Source of the DNA: an uncultured Candidatus Saccharibacteria bacterium
Lineage (GTDB): Bacteria > Patescibacteriota > Minisyncoccia > UBA6257 > 2-01-FULL-56-20
DNA: 64,000 nt
Direction: 5' to 3'
Assembly (NCBI GenBank): GCA_964387675.1
Contig: CAYLWL010000002.1
Span: 22,514 to 86,513 of the forward strand
Below, one piece after another: positions 63,766 to 64,000 of the stretch. The first letter of the stretch is position 1. Every line of letters begins with the position of its first letter. The notes beneath the pieces were generated by a model, which was not told the origin of the DNA, ran no database searches, and saw nothing but the letters and a program-made list of their open reading frames with translations. The translations under genes and the position numbers were made by a program.

Positions 63766-64000
63766 TGAAAGCGAAAGCGAAGAAGAGTATGCTTCTTGCC
63801 CTTGTTGCTTTGTTCGCGCTCAGCACCCCTGTTTTTGCCCAGCCCGTAAAAGAATTGCCGTGGTACTTCCCGCACGGGATTACTCCCCAGCCGGGAGACC
63901 CGTTCCAGATGAAGAATTACCTGAGGTATCTTGCCTCGGAGTGGAACTGTTTCCAGGGCAATGCGCATGGATTAACTTGGTTGATTCCGGGGAACGACAG
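63766..64000 (+). CDS. hypothetical secreted protein (partial; continues past window end)
   Basis: AAGGAG RBS at 63753-63758. MKAKAKKSMLLALVALFALSTPVFAQP signal peptide. Confidence 0.5.

Overview
This 64-kb window looks like a reduced, gene-dense bacterial chromosome segment, and by inference a CPR/Patescibacteria-like genome. The grounds for that inference are short housekeeping proteins (DnaX 367 aa, ProRS about 409 aa, Rsh 566 aa), three paralogous four-helix-bundle ('23S rRNA IVS protein'/Avd-like) genes, and an unusually dense set of short intergenic hairpin/tandem repeats. Identifiable content: a type IV pilus/competence-like operon (pilB-pilC plus four prepilin-type genes, one fused to an LVIVD beta-propeller), dnaX, scpA/scpB, a SET-domain protein, a PBP5-type DD-carboxypeptidase, mraY, a class III aminotransferase, proS, a PNPOx-like protein, mreBCD-mrdA, a galT-like gene, rplU, a VirD4/TraD-like coupling-protein ATPase, an APH-family kinase, NDH-2, pgk, a DHH (NrnA-like) phosphoesterase, rnhA, RNase P RNA (rnpB), mgtC, an AspRS-family aminoacyl-tRNA synthetase, an extended adenylate-kinase-like protein, three NUDIX hydrolases (plus a fourth, lower-confidence NUDIX-like ORF), a domain-1-less RF1-like release factor, efp, rpsP with a KH-protein gene, parA/parB, rsh, topA, dprA, a VWA protein, a dcw fragment (mraZ-rsmH-ftsL-ftsI-murF), and tRNAs Gln(CTG), Leu(CAA), Val(GAC), Ile(GAT), Glu(CTC). 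The most striking thing is architectural rather than any single gene. At least four families of short palindromic/tandem repeats are spread through the window: TAGAA-type, ATGAGA-type, GTGTCA-type, and GC-rich GCCTGCCGGCAGGCAGG. Two of these families occur both as ORF-less hairpins and as hairpin arms flanking four-helix-bundle ORFs. That is the layout of a 23S rRNA intervening sequence, but here the elements sit inside protein operons (pilus operon, scpA|scpB, upstream of the VirD4-like gene) and one sits inside rnpB. Repeat arms often supply start codons and N-terminal residues of the neighbouring genes, including pilin leader peptides. The same repeats also occur in frame inside topA and a Nudix gene. 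No CRISPR array, rRNA, integrase or reverse transcriptase was seen.
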